Shown piece after piece: positions 38,087-38,213 of a stretch of DNA of 38,213 nucleotides; within the stretch, counting starts at the first letter, position 1; the number at the start of each line of letters is the position of its first letter. This DNA is from a virus (taxonomy: Duplodnaviria; Caudoviricetes), in IMG/VR virus record IMGVR_UViG_3300025429_000036, positions 1 to 38,213 of that record. One strand, written 5' to 3'. A program made the position numbers and the translations under genes. Under the pieces are notes generated by a model. That model ran no database searches and was not told where the DNA came from. It worked only from the letters and a program-made list of their open reading frames with translations.

Positions 38087-38213
38087 TCACCATCTATTGT
38101 TAAACTTAATGAAACAACCATTTTCGTTGTCTTCACTTACCTCAATCCAGATATTTCTGGCGCCATATTTGTTGTGAATTACTTCATGTAAATCCTTAGC
38201 AATCATTTCACAA
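38087..38213 (-). CDS. C-terminus of a QueD-like (PTPS/T-fold) protein (partial; not in the ORF track)
   Basis: Manual translation: CEMIAKDLHEVIHNKYGARNIWIEVSEDNENGCFIKFNNRW*. E-x-I-A followed by V-x-E is the QueD/PTPS C-terminal pattern; context with folE and queE. Confidence 0.65.
   Translation of the reverse strand, partial: CEMIAKDLHEVIHNKYGARNIWIEVSEDNENGCFIKFNNRW

Noticed and set aside
1-38213. Stop-codon reassignment, CRISPR array, tRNA genes, introns/inteins
   Set aside because: Code 11 gives dense, full-length genes ending in TAA, TGA and TAG. Intergenic gaps are about 70 nt or less and show no repeat-spacer or cloverleaf pattern; no intein motifs were seen.

Overview
AT-rich segment of a large (probably jumbo) T4-like myovirus genome, standard genetic code, with two convergent blocks. 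Plus strand (1-25695) is a baseplate/tail module: gp5-like hub/spike with a C-terminal GH19 lysozyme, gp25- and gp6-like wedge proteins, a 4338-aa giant structural protein, a conserved ~220-aa protein and four fibre paralogues sharing an N-terminal domain. Minus strand (25692-38213) is a nucleotide-metabolism/early block: thymidylate synthase, DHFR, MoxR AAA+ ATPase with a metallopeptidase-vWA partner, T4 RNase H-like nuclease, FkbM methyltransferase, and a 7-deazaguanine cluster (QueE, HIT hydrolase, purine phosphoribosyltransferase, FolE, glycosyltransferase, partial QueD-like gene) running off the right edge. The best candidate for an undescribed system is that cluster: CDG-synthesis genes with a PRTase and a GTDC1/QTMAN(DUF3524)-like glycosyltransferase, no DpdA/QueC in the window, and a compact structured leader before folE. 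Also notable are a 15-bp hairpin with a late-promoter-like box gating one gene, and possible leaderless late transcripts. Family calls come from motif recognition by eye; no searches were run.
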